From contig NC_042999.1 of the NCBI RefSeq assembly GCF_006345805.1, forward strand, positions 27,342,001 through 27,406,000: 64,000 nucleotides of DNA, given 5' to 3'. Under the pieces are notes generated by a model, which saw only the letters and a list, made by a program, of their open reading frames with translations, did no database searches and had not been told where the DNA came from. Both the position numbers and the translations under genes were made by a program. This document shows positions 1-13,020 of the stretch, in pieces (position 1 is the first letter of the stretch; every line of letters starts with the position of its first letter). This stretch comes from Octopus sinensis. Its lineage: Eukaryota.

Positions 1-545
1 CTCTTGGGTCATTAAGACTCGCTGAGGAGAATTAATTCTCGAGTGATTGCATACAACGCGTTTGACGTCCCCACTGCCTTTATGATGGTATTTGGAGCCG
101 TGGCGAATGATAGAAGTGTCATAGATTCACGCTTCATTAGGTCTCTGTTACCTTGGACGGAGCAGAAGTTTGGGCTTGACAATGTGGTGTTTATCAAGGA
201 TTCTACACCATGCCATGGGTCAACAGCAACACAGACCTTCCTTGGTGAGAAGGTGCCATTTCTTGAGAGGTCCAATATCTGACCCAGCAAGAGCTCAGAT
301 CTCACTCTTCTAGATTACATTTTATGGGGTGTACTTCAAGTAGGGCCAATGCTTCACCACACTCGAATGTTAACAGTTTGAAGACATTCAACGTGCGTGC
401 AACACACAAAATCAAAAAGGCGGAGCTTATGGCAGCTGCAAAAAAAGTTCGTTCACGTGCGGAGCTAGTAATTGCCAAAGAGGGAGGCCATATTGAGTGA
501 TAAATGTATTTGTTGTAATAAGTGTTACGTTAAAATTATTATATC
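1..545 (+). mobile_element. IS630-Tc1-mariner transposase 3' fragment, DD37D (maT-like), pseudogenised
   Basis: Translates as VVFIKDSTPCHGSTATQTFLGEKVPFLERSNI*PSKSSDLTLLDYILWGVL, with 37 residues between the 2nd and 3rd catalytic D. Ends in GGHIE* (ggaggccatattgagtga), the typical C-terminus. Confidence 0.8.
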
Positions 546-552
546 TTATTTA

Positions 553-1735
553 TATTATTTACATTCGACGGATATTTGTCCTCATCTTGTTTGTTGTTAA
601 CACAACGTTTCGGCTGATATACCCTCCAGCCTTCTTCGGGTGTCTTGGGGAAATTTCGAATCTGGGTTCTCATTCCTAAGGTATTTTTCGATGTTATTAT
701 TATTATTATTATTATTATTGTTCAAGTCACTGCTTGGAATATTGGGGTTAGTAGCCCGCGCTCTTAACCACTACGCTATATGCCCGTGGGCAATTATGGA
801 GTGAATTTTAGGGCTTATAAATCTAATATTTTTCTATCCTTCCTTAATACCGGATCCCATATGCTGCTCATATCTGCACTCGGTCTGCTTAGGAGGTTGT
901 TGTGTCCTAGCATATGTGCTGCTTCTTTTACTTTTCGTATTTTCCAGTGGCGTTCTCTGTCTATTATTTTATCTTCATCCCACAGGGGGAGGTGGTCTCC
1001 ATTTTTCCATACCTGATCAGCTATACACGATTTATCAATATCTCCCCGTGTCATAGCTTTGTGATATACCTCTACTCTTATTTTGAGGGGGCGGCATATT
1101 CGTCTTTGTATAACCTACCACAGCTGCATGGGATTGAGTACACACAGTCTTTGGTCATATTCTCTTCTATTGGTGGTTTTATTCGAAGGATATATTTGCG
1201 AAGTGTTGTATTACTCTTGAATACTGTCTTGATGTTATATGGATCGCATATCTTTTGCATCTTTTCGGAGAGGCCTTTCACATAGGGTAGACAGACTGTG
1301 GACAGTTTATTGATTTTATCCTCTATCTTCTTCATAATTAGAGTAAATAGTATGTTTTTGGGGTAGTTGTTGCTTAACAGATCGTTAATGAGCTTGATCA
1401 TTTCTTCGTGGTGTGTATCACGATCGCTACTTATATCGTTTGCTCGATTTTTTAGGCACTGAGCAATCCATCTCTTTACACTGTATGGATGGTAGGAATT
1501 GAAGCTGAGTTATAGTCTAGTAAAGGTCGGCTTGCGGTATACGGATGTCCTAAATCAATACTTGGTGCGTGTTATTAATATGTTCAGGAATGCGAGTTGA
1601 TTGTCTTTTTTCTTTTCCATTGTGAACTATATGGACGGCTTTATGGAGTTAAATATAGAACTATTAAAATTACATCTGTCTACTACCATTATTTTAGTAT
1701 TTCTAACAAGTGTTATGCATCGTAAAAATTTTCTC
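553..1735 (-). mobile_element. Penelope-like retroelement remnant: RT C-terminus, GIY-YIG endonuclease and 3' pLTR
   Basis: Minus-strand pieces: [16 protein letters not shown] (RT end), TSVYRKPTFTRL, LPYVKGLSEKMQKI, DCVYSIPCSCGRLY (GIY-YIG) and HWKIRKVKEAAHM. Frameshifted. Confidence 0.9.
599..644 (-). ncRNA. Minimal type I hammerhead ribozyme motif with a U4C core change
   Basis: Minus strand reads GACAC-CCGAAGA-A-GGCTG(GAGGGTATAT)CAGCC-GAAACGTT-GTGTT. Stem I is GACAC/GTGTT, stem II is 5 bp, and stem III is the loopless palindrome AACGTT. Confidence 0.75.
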
Positions 1736-1744
1736 AGTTTTTAT

Positions 1745-1938
<194 letters not shown>

Positions 1939-2710
1939 CTGGCAAAAATGTTTACGGGCGGCGAACATAAAAAAAAATCCATCTAACTTCTAGGAAGAAC
2001 ATTAAGTAAATGTACAACCTAGATGTGAATAATGTAGGACTTCGCTTTCGAACTTTCCATATTACGTTTGTTACCGAAATTTTGATTAGGTCCCATCGGC
2101 TAGTTTCAATTATATTTCAAATGTCGCTACATTAATGCAAGCATTCACTCGTCTGAACGCCTTGGCGTTAACTGACCGAGAACAGTGAAAAAATATTTTC
2201 AAACAAAAAAAATTATTCAATAGTGCAATACAGTAGTATTGCTTCCCAGTAAAACAAAGCGCCATCAGGTTAAAGTATAAATATAGTATAGTGTTACAAC
2301 AATGCACCAATATTTGCTGAAAATAGCAGTCGAAAATATACGAATCTATAGTAATCCTAAAAATGTTTACGGTCGACGAACATAAAAACAAAATTATTTT
2401 GCCTGTAGTTGTGAGTACAACGACAAAATGTGTAATATTTTAGAAGTACTCTATTTGTGTTTCCTTGAATTGACACAAATGCACAGCTAAGAGGATCCGT
2501 GCATCACATACGTATATAAACTGATAAACATGTACGTATGTACTAAAGTATCATGAGCAAGACTTAAGTGAGTGTAAATATATCTTCATACAAACCTAAC
2601 GTCCGGTGGAATTGTGTGAAGAGGTTAAATAAATTTTCCTACATAAAAAAAAACATACAAATATATATATATAAGAATTTTTGCGTAATAAGATTAAAAA
2701 AACAAGGCTG

Positions 2711-2860
2711 TGTAGATGTTTGAGCATTTATAGATAGACTGTCTTATCGCTGTTTCTAGGATATTTATTAATTATATCCCTTCATCGGTGAAATATATAA
2801 TTAATAAATATCCTAGAAACAGCTGTAAGACCTATCTATAAATGCTCTAATATATATACA
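2711..2860. repeat. Fold-back (about 55-bp inverted arms) with hammerhead-like halves; probable inverted Penelope pLTR remnant
   Basis: Arms 2722-2777 and 2794-2847 are near-perfect reverse complements. Minus strand has CCGATGA-A-GGGATAT...ATATCCT-A-GAAAC; the plus arm has GAAAC-AGCT-GTA. Confidence 0.65.
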
Positions 2861-3050
2861 CGCTGATATAGAGCCAACGTTGAAGCCTTTATTCGCAAAA
2901 TTACCGAATCTGGAATTTAACTATCGTCTGTCTATAGCACTTATTCAGCATTACCTGACATCTTTGTGTCTCAATGACACCATTATCTCTTATAACCTCA
3001 ACTTCCCGCTATATATACATATATATATGCGTGAGTGTGTGTGTGTGTGT

Positions 3051-3360
3051 GGAGGCGCAATAGCCCAGTGGTTAAGGCAGTGGATTCGCGGTCGTAGGAT
3101 CGCAGTTTCGATTCACAGACCGGGCTTTGTGAGTGTTTATTAAGCGAAAACACCTAAAGCTCCACGACGCTCCGGCAGGGGGTGGTAGCGATGCGTGCTG
3201 TACTCTTTCGCTACAACTTTCTCTCGCTCTTTCTTCTGTTGGCCTGCTCGCTTAGCCAGCGGAGTGGCGTCATTTGAAGGCTAAAACAATGCGAAGCGCA
3301 TTGTGACCAGCGATATGTAGCAACATCTGATAGTCTGGTCGGCCACGGTGATCACGGTGA
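3051..3360 (+). mobile_element. tRNA-derived SINE family C, tail type 2
   Basis: Head GGAGGCGCAATAGCCCAGTGGTTAAGGCAG with A/B-box-like motifs; tail ...GATCACGGTGA followed by (TA)n. Confidence 0.85.
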
Positions 3361-3966
3361 TATATATATATATATATGTCTGTGCGTTTGTGTGTACGCG
3401 CGCGCGTGTACATATGTGTTCTCGCGGTTTCAACACTCTCCACATGGTATATTCATAATTAACATCAGCGAGTCGTTTTTCACGAAAGTGCGAATAATCA
3501 ACGAAAAAGACAGCATCTGGTACATGACATAAAAGGAACTTTCGTGATAGCATATCATGCTAAATCTCTACACGCCTACATAGGCAGAAGCACAATTTTG
3601 AGTATACCAAAATACAGGCACACAAATTCATGCACACTGCATACATACACACTGACACTCACACACACACATAGACATATCACTAAAGTTTGTGTTTGTG
3701 TGTGTGTGTTTTTGTGCGTGTGTGTTTGTAAGTACAATTAAAATAAACTTCCATTACACTCACTGAGAGCAAGTTTCATTTAGTGCTTTCCATGCGCGCT
3801 TGAAATAGCTTCGTGCGTTTGTCGACAGGTACATGGGGATTTCTTTTATAGCATGATTAAATGTCTCACAGCCCTGCCGGGATATGCGACGCAGTTTATT
3901 TCATACTCTACTTGAGATTTCTTGCTACCCTTTATTCTATTTTTATTTTCAGTTACCTATTTCATT

Positions 3967-4001
<35 letters not shown>

Positions 4002-4497
4002 TTTCGTCTACTACCTTTTCTCTAAATTGAGTATTTTCGATTTCAGAATACGAAACAAGAACATTTCGTGACATTGTAATTTTACCTTATTTTCAAAGGA
4101 GGAATACCAGCCAGCATTGGCAAGATACTACAATCATGCATTTCTTCAAAAGTTACTACTTTTAAATGAATTTCCCAACCAAAAAGAAATACTTTCAACT
4201 ATCTAAAACTAAGCTAAGAAAAACTCCATTATCCGTGGCTATTAAATAACCATAGAATTGCTCGTATAATTTGTGGTATGTTTTTACAGTGGAATACTGC
4301 CAGTTACTAAAATGGCTGGAAACTCACATCTCAGTCGAGATTAACATTGAGTTGGCATTTTATCCGTTTCTAAGATTGCTTACTCAAGAACATGAAGACA
4401 AGGCAGACGTTTATTTGTTTGCTTGTATTTTTCTGTTTCGATTTATTATTCACCCTCTCCATATTTCACCACGTAAATACATATACATACATTCATA

Positions 4498-4907
4498 TAC
4501 TCTTTTACTTTTTTACTTGTTTCAGTCATTTGACTGTGGCCATGCTGGAACACCGCCTTTAGTCGAGCAAATCGACCCCGGGACTTATTCTTTGTAAGCC
4601 TAGTACTAATTCTATCAGTCTCTTTTGCCGAACCGCTAAGTTACGGGGACGTAAACACACCAGCATCGGTTGTTAAGCGATGTTGGGGGACAAACACAGA
4701 CACACAAACATACACACACACACACACACATCTATACATATATGCGACGGGCTTCTTTCAGTTTCCGTCTACCAAATCCACTCACAAGGAATTGGTTGGC
4801 CCGAGGCTATAGTGCAAGACACTTACCCAAGGTGCCACGCAGTGGGACTGAACCCAGAACCATGTGGTTGGTAAGCAAGCTACTTACCACACAGTCACCC
4901 CTACGCC
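4498..4907 (-). mobile_element. tRNA-derived SINE family B (CORE-like segment, internal microsatellite)
   Basis: Matches other copies: GTGGTAAGTAGCTTGCTTACCAACCACATGG head, GCACCTTGGGTAAGTGTC CORE-like segment, and GAAACAAGTAAAA tail. Confidence 0.9.
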
Positions 4908-5149
4908 TATTATATATTTATATATATCTTTTATCATTTATCATTCACATGTTTCAGTCATTAGACTGCGGCCATGTGGTGGCACTACCTTGTAGAATTT
5001 TAGTCGAAGGAGTCCATCCCGAACTTGTGCGTTTTTGTAGGCCTAGTATTTATTATATTGGTTCTTTTGCCAAACCGCTAAGCAGTGAAGCACACCAACA
5101 CTAATTTATATATAGCTATGGACTGGCAATTCAGTTAGTCTCCGCTTCG

Positions 5150-5590
5150 ATTCAGGTACATGAGGTTGATAATATTGATAAGCCACAAAAATGGTGAAAT
5201 ATCAATATCCATCACTACTGAATTTGATGCAGGGCATGTTGTCTTTCTTGTCTATGAATTTCTAGTGTTTTAACACCCACTGCTATGTGTGAGTCACCCT
5301 TCAGACACTTTGTGGAAGCGAACAGGCGAACAAGCAAAGTACATACATTAAGCATGTCCGAATGATAATATATAGAGATAGTAAGGGAGAAAGAAACAGA
5401 TATATATATATAAATTAAATTAGAGATACAATCACTATTATGCAAATCAAGCAATGAAAAACATAAACCAAAACATAAAAATAAATATAATTAATATAAT
5501 ATACAAAATATATAAAATATAAAATTTAAATTATTTAAATTTAAAATTTCTAATTTATATTTATAAATTTTTATATTTTTTATATATATT

Positions 5591-5626
<36 letters not shown>

Positions 5627-6815
5627 ATATATATATGCATATATATATAGAGAGAGAGAAAGAGAGAGATGCATAGAAACACAAACAAACATACCTCTAT
5701 ATATATATATATATCTATATATATAATATATATATATATACTGTTAGCCTGTTAGCATATGGAGAATCACATGATATCTAATGTGATATATAAATTAATA
5801 GCATACATAAAGTTTTTAAACTTGACAACTCCAACTATTATAAAGGTTATAAAATTACAAGATTTTACTTCAGGCTCACCATGAATTTAACACAAGCAAC
5901 AGTAATGCTCTCGGTATTCAGCAAATCTACAGAATCCAAAATTCCTCACAAAAATAGAAGATTAATGTTGAAAACAATTATCATTGAACATCACAATGTT
6001 ACAATAGAGATACTGATAATATGTTTTAATGGGAAACAAGACAAACAGCTGATTGATTATCTATATATAATTAACGTTTAAAATTTTATTTCGATGGTAA
6101 TGTTAATACTATCTACAGTGGCTGTGTGTTTGATACAGTGGCAACCACACAGGGTTACTTAACTTTATCCAGAAGACAACACTGTCAAGGTCGAGAAACA
6201 GTGATAATGGAATTGGGAATTTTATTGCTACGAACAAACTACGAGGTAGTATCGCAAAATATGTAAAATACACACGTGGTTTTAATACAATATAAATGTG
6301 CACTTTTGTGTGTGTATAAATGTACCCCCAATATGAAGATCATGAGTACACGCAAACACCACCAAGAGCCTACTCCCAAATGTATCTGTCCAGACCTATG
6401 AGCCAGTCCAGTCGTCCGTCCAGCGATTCGTGATTAAATATGTCATATATGAGGCAGAAGTTACAGCAACGGCTGATGATAAGATAACCGGAAAAAAAGA
6501 GTTTCATCGGCTTTTGTGAATACGCTATAGTCACCGCATATTTTTCTTCAGGCACAGGGACAAAAGTAAAGCAACTAAATTGGCTAGCTACGTGTGGCGC
6601 TTGAAGTCTGCAGTCACACCACATACAATCATGTGGAAAATAGCTGGAAAGTCCACACTATATGTCAACGGATCAAAAAATTGCAAGCTATGTGAAGCTA
6701 AAGGATCACAGATCCTTTTCAGATCCACAAATTGCACCACACTCCAGAATCCAGAACATAAGATTTTCATTTCAGCGGATGTAATTATATGAATAAATTC
6801 CTGTTAGCAAATTGG
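5150..6815 (+). mobile_element. Highly decayed Penelope-like element (RT end to GIY-YIG C-terminus), interrupted by (TA)n
   Basis: SITTEFDAGHVVFL (RT end), KCTPNMK, LASYVWRLK, WKIAGKSTLYVNGSKNCKLCEAK and FSGCNYMNKFLLANWK, matching the Penelope CxLC...CxH/K C-terminal pattern. Confidence 0.7.
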
Positions 6816-7181
6816 AAAATACCACCCGCTCCGGATTGAGCAGATGTCCCGCAGAGTCTAGCGTCCTGTTCATTCAGCCTTATTTTGATTTTACAATCAA
6901 CCCTCCTTTTTTCTTTCTTTACCCTTCCGTTTCCCAGGGTTTTCAACCTTCCACATTTTATATCTACTTTCTTCTCGCCTATTCTCATATTTTATTTTAT
7001 TTTATCGTCCTGCTTTAGCTTTATATGCCATGTAGGCATCAGATGTGTTGTAAATTGGTGTCGTTTTCGTCGCATAAAACTACTAGTAGTTCATTGAAAT
7101 ATATACTGTGTTTATGAAACAATATTTATAATTCAGATGGAAAATATTTTTTCTTGTTCTTATCTTCGAGGAACAGTATAC

Positions 7182-7212
<31 letters not shown>

Positions 7213-7213
7213 A

Positions 7214-8414
7214 CAGGGTTTGGACAAAATAACGGAAACACCTAGTGTCATAGCATCGTAATTTTGAAATATCTATAAAACCGTCAAAAGCTTGATTTGT
7301 TATTAGTGTTGCTTTTAATATGTTTTGCTAAAATTGCTGTTCCTTTCCAGATATCATCAGAAAAAGGTAATTAAAATTCATTAAAACGACAGATCTCTCG
7401 GACTTTAAAAGAGGTTAAATTGTTGGTGTTCGTATGGCAGGCGCTAGCGTAAAGAAAAACAGCCGAAATGTTTGGTGTATCAAAAAGTACTGTCTAGAAA
7501 GTAGTGACAGCCTTCGAGAAAGAGGGAAAAAAACCTCTTCGTCGAAACAGAACTCTGAAAGGAAACAGAAACTTTCAGATAGGGACCGTCGGCTTCTTAA
7601 TGACCACATCGAGAATTCAGTTTCCACAAAAGCTGTTCGCCGGGAGCTGCACAAAGCTGGGTTTCACGGGAGGACTGCAATTAGAAAACAACTACTTTCA
7701 AATACAAAAGTTGCAAAGCATTAAGAGTGGAGTAAAAACCGACAGAATTGGTCCCTAGAGCAGTGGAAGAATGTTATGTTTTCGGATGAGTCATCCTTTA
7801 GCTTATTTCCGACCACCGGCCGAGTATACTGTGGAGACAAGCAAAAGAAACATTTGACCCAGACTGCTTTTTTCCAACTGTTAAATATGGAGGGAGATCT
7901 GTGATGATCTGGGGGACTATATCTTGGAAATATGCCGACCCAATGGTTTCCCTTCATAGCAAAATTAATAGTCAATACTATTTAAGCATTTTATCTGATC
8001 AAATTAATCCTATGGTTGCGGAACTGTTTCCAGAGGGAAACGCAATCTTTCAGGATGATAATGCACCAATTCACACAGCTAAAATTGTTAGTGAATGTCA
8101 TGAGGAACTTTCTAGTAAAGTTGAATATCTTATCGGGCCACCGCAGTTCCCTGATCTCAAATATTATTGAGCATTTATGGTGCATTTTTGAAAAATAAAT
8201 AAGGAGTCAATATCCTCCACTATCATCACTACGAGAACTGGAAACTGTTTTAACAGAAAAATGGACAAAATTTCCTTTGGAAAAAATTCAAACTTTGTAG
8301 GAGTCCATATTTCATAGAATTAAAGCTGTAATTACTGTCAAAGGCGGTCCTGCTCCATATTAAAATAAATGTGTTTGAAATTTTAAGGTGTTTCTATTAT
8401 TTGTCCAACCCTTG
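7214..8414 (+). mobile_element. Full-length Tc1-like DNA transposon, transposase pseudogenised
   Basis: Imperfect 28-30 bp TIRs (CAGGGTTTGGACAAAATAACGGAAACACCT / AGGTGTTTCTATTATTTGTCCAACCCTTG) with TA on both flanks. Motifs NVMFSDESSF, IFQDDNAPIH and PPQFPDL..EHLW. Confidence 0.93.
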
Positions 8415-8446
8415 TATATATATGCATATGTATGTATGAATATATA

Positions 8447-8480
<34 letters not shown>

Positions 8481-8482
<2 letters not shown>

Positions 8483-8900
8483 TTAGGGAATAAATCAAAA
8501 CTTACAGGGAAAAATTAGATTTAGGAAATCCAATTTTATAGTATAAATATATTATATTATATTATATTAAATTAGAGATAAAACCACTATTAGGCAAATC
8601 AAACAGTGAAAAACATAAGCCAATACATAGATTAATTTAAAAAATATAAAAGTTAAAAATAAAAAATTATTTATAATATTAAACTTATAAATTTTATATA
8701 TATATACAATATATATATAATGTATGTATGTATATTTTTATATTTATATATTATTTTATTTATTAATTAATTAATTAATTTATTTTTTTTTTAATAATTT
8801 TTTATTTTTAACTTTTATATTTTTTAATTAATTTTATGTATGGCTTATGTTTTTCACTGTTTGATTTGCCTAATAGTGGTTTATCTCTAATTAATATAAT
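8481..8900. mobile_element. Fold-back repeat family, copy 1 (about 100-bp inverted arms)
   Basis: Arms about 8569-8671 and 8793-8892. Starts TATTAGGGAATAAATC, as does the copy at 51412. Confidence 0.75.
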
Positions 8901-8902
8901 AT

Positions 8903-8947
<45 letters not shown>

Positions 8948-9288
8948 AGGAGATATTACAGAGTTACTCACGGGACTTTCTGTCCTTTAAGACTCCTTAA
9001 CTGCTGCCAAACTTTAATTAAAAACGTATATATACTCATGTTTCTAGTTCTTTTTCCTGTTTGCTTCATTAACCATATATACATATACAGGTATACATAC
9101 AAACATGCATATATACACATATGCAAATCTACATACATGCATACATATATGCATGCATACATACATACATACATACATACATACATACATACATACATAC
9201 ATACATACATACATACATACATACATACAAACGTACGTATATACATATATGTTGGGGTTGGATACGTAAGTAAACAGACATATAAATA

Positions 9289-10496
9289 TTAGTTTCTCAA
9301 GAAATTTCTTGCGGAATTTTAAATTTTGATTTTAATGATGTATTTTCAAATTAATTTTCGTTGAATTGCTTTGAATTTATATATCATTTTAAAACCCGTA
9401 TTTTGCTCTATATAATCGTGTTACGCTTTTTCTTTTTGAATAATTAGACAATATTTCTGGAACGTTGAATACAACATGGACGAAAATCAAATTCACACAC
9501 TTTTTTTTATTCCAGTTCAAGCTAGGCCGAAAAGCTGCTGAAACAGCTCGCAATATCAACGATGCGTTTGGCCCAGGAACCACTAATAAACGTACAGCAC
9601 AATGGTGGTTAAAGAAATTTCGTAGCGGTGACAAGAGTTTTGAAGATGATAAGCGAAGTGGTCGGCCATCGGATGCTGACAACGATCAACTAAGAGCATT
9701 AGTCGACGCCAATTCACGCACAACTGTTCGAGAGCTTGCTTCTGAATTAGATGTAACGTATACGACAATTTCCAACCACTAGAAAGATATTGGGAAAGCA
9801 AAAATACTTGAGAAATGGGTGCCGCACGAATTGAATGACAAAAAAAAAAAAAATAAAACACCGTTTTGGAGTGTCGTCTTCCCTTCCTTTACACAACAAT
9901 GACCCGTTTTTCAAGCGGATTGTGACTAAAGATGAAAAGTGGGTTCTTTACGACAACCGGTGACGCTCAGCTCAGTGGTTGGACGCCGAAAAAGCTCTAT
10001 GGCACTTCCCGAAGCCAAAGTTTGGTATGCAGGCGAAACCATTACGGTGGAGCAGTACTGTCAGCAAATGGATTAAATGCATAAGAAACTCCGTAAAAAT
10101 CCACCATTGGTCAATAGAAAAGGACCAATTCTTCTCCACGACAATGCTCGGTTGCACGTCGCACATCTGACACTGCAGAAGTTGAACGAATTGGGCTACG
10201 AAACTCTGCCTCATCCACCATAATCGCCAGACCTCTCGCCTAACGACTACTACTTTTCCAAGCATCTCGACAACTTCCTGCGTCAGAAATGCTTCAAGAA
10301 CCAAGACAATGCCAAACAGTCCTATAACGACTTCATCGCCACCAGAACGCAGGATTCTTACGCTACTAGCATAAATAAACTTCATGTTGGCAAAAGAGTG
10401 TTGATTTTGATGGTGTTTATTTCGATTAATAAAGTTTTGTTTAAGCTCAGATATGTGCATCTGAATTTAAAAGTTAAAAACCACAAGACAACCTAA
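9289..10496 (+). mobile_element. Mariner (DD34D-type) transposon, near full length, pseudogenised
   Basis: FKLGRKAAETARNIN, RSGRPS, KWVPHEL, IVTKDEKW, LLHDNAR and HPP*SPDLSPNDY. Decayed TIRs begin TATTAG at both ends. Confidence 0.93.
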
Positions 10497-10675
10497 TAGA
10501 GAAATAGGTAATACGGACAGACAAGCATACACACATACACAATTGACGACTGAAACACATGACCATATACACACACGCACACTTTACACACGCATGCAAA
10601 TACACTCACACACTCACGCATACAAATGCATAAACATGAACACACAAACACATGAATATGCAGGATACATACAAA

Positions 10676-10732
<57 letters not shown>

Positions 10733-11044
10733 CTATATATATATTATATATATTATATATATATATATATATATAGATATATATATGCATACACTCACGC
10801 ATACATGAATACAGACGCATCCATACAAACATACATACATACGCATGTGTATACACATGCACACAGACGCGCACACATGCGCACAAACAAACAAAAAGAA
10901 CGCAGCTCTGATGAGGCAGAGTCAGCGACTACTGAAGATGTTGTAAGACGCAACAAAAATTTTTGAAACAATAAATAAGTAAATGCGTGGAAATAGAATC
11001 GGAGTATGTGTTAAGTAGCAAGGCACTAGACACAATAATATATC

Positions 11045-11395
11045 TCTTTTATTTGTTTCAGTCATTTGACTGTGACCATGCTGGAGCACCGCCTTTAGTC
11101 GACCAAATCGACGCCAGGACTTATTCTTTGTAAGCTAAGTTACGGGGACGTAAACACACCAGCATCGGTGTTGGGAGAACAAACACAGACACACAAACAT
11201 ATACACACATACATAAATATATATATACATATATATGACGGGCTTCTTTCAGTTTCCGTCTACCAAATTCACTCACAAGGCTTTGGTCGGCCCGAGGCTA
11301 TTGTAAAAGACACTTGTACAAGGTGCCACGCAATGGGACTGAACTCGGAATCATATCATTCGTAAGCAAGCTACTTACCACACAGCCACTCCTAC
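11045..11395 (-). mobile_element. SINE family B
   Basis: Same head, CORE-like segment and tail as 4498-4907, with an internal deletion. Confidence 0.85.
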
Positions 11396-11396
11396 T

Positions 11397-11767
<371 letters not shown>

Positions 11768-11999
11768 ATAGATTCTAAATCTATTCCAGGAGTTTTGAGA
11801 CATTTTAGGAGAGGCATTTGTAACTGTTGTAGATTATTGTAATTTTATTATTTTGTTTGTATACATCATATAAGCTGATCTGCCTACTTTTGTTATTTGA
11901 GATTGAAGGAGATAGCTATGACATCAGTCTTTAGTAGGATATGATCAAAGATATCCTACTAAATAATGCTTGTCAGAGCTGACTAGTTTGTAGAAAGCA

Positions 12000-12600
12000 G
12001 TCGGCGCATGAATGCGATTTGATAGCTCACTGTTTGTGTTAAATTGAGAAAAAAAATGGTACAGAAATATCTGAAATGACTGTTTAAGAATTATCTTGCA
12101 TGAGCTGGTCTACTGTTTTTCACTTGTACAAGCGGTCGGGCAGACGAAGTCCACAGGGAAGCTCATAATGATCTACTTTTTCGATAGCAACGTCATCGTT
12201 TTGATCTACTGGGTTGCCGCTCACCAGACGTGAGGGAGTTAAGGAGGAGATTATGTTGCAAATAGCGAGAGCTCCTCCACACGAGTAAGAGACACCTACA
12301 CCAAGTCAATGCACCAGTCCAAAATCTATCCTGGTATCCAGCTCTTTGACAGAGATTTGCATCAAAACTGTCCTTCGCTCTACCTATCATCTTAGTGAGT
12401 TTTGGTCTTACCCCAAGCTGAAGATGATGAAAGCGGCAGTAACAAGGGTTCTGAACCCGGACACATTCACTTTGAAGCATTTTCATGGGAGTTTCAAGAA
12501 GTGGCTGGAATGCTACCACAAGTGCATTGAAGTCAGTGTTTCGAAGGAGATCAGTTTTGTACTTCTTAGAAATTAATAAATCTCTTTCTTGAAACGCTTT
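12000..12600 (+). mobile_element. Old, internally deleted mariner remnant
   Basis: KSTGKLIMIYFFDSNVIVLIYWV, EFWSYPKLK and GSFKKWLECYHKCIEV resemble mariner catalytic and C-terminal segments. Confidence 0.65.
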
Positions 12601-12621
12601 AGCCTACTGGAATGAACTTGT

Positions 12622-13002
12622 AGGAGCACTCCGTCGATTGCGACGATGAGGGTCCCAGCTGATACGATCAACGGAACAGCATGCTCGTGATATTAACGTG
12701 TAAGTGGCTGAGCACTCCACAGACACGTGTACCCTTAACGTAGTTCTCGAGGAGATTCAGCGTGACACAGATTGTGACAAGGCTGGCCCTTTGAAATACA
12801 GGTACAAGAGAAACAGGAAGAAAGAGCGAGAGAAAGTTGTGGTGAAAGAATACAGCAGGGTTCACCACCATCCCTTGCCGGAGCCTCGTGGAGCTTTAGG
12901 TGTTTTCGCTCAATAAACACTCACAATGCCCGGTCTGGGAATCGAAACCGCGAACCTCCGACCGCGAGTCCGCTGCCCTAACCACTGGGCCATTGCGCCT
13001 CC
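12622..13002 (-). mobile_element. SINE family C, tail type 1, full length
   Basis: Reverse complement of the 19216 and 46140 copies. 11-bp TSD GGAATGAACTT at 12609-12619 and 13005-13015. Confidence 0.92.
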
Positions 13003-13020
13003 TCGGAATGAACTTATATA

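Noticed and set aside
3051-3125. tRNA genes (this and the other SINE heads)
   Set aside because: A/B-box-like motifs are present, but each continues into a SINE body and I could not fold a complete cloverleaf.
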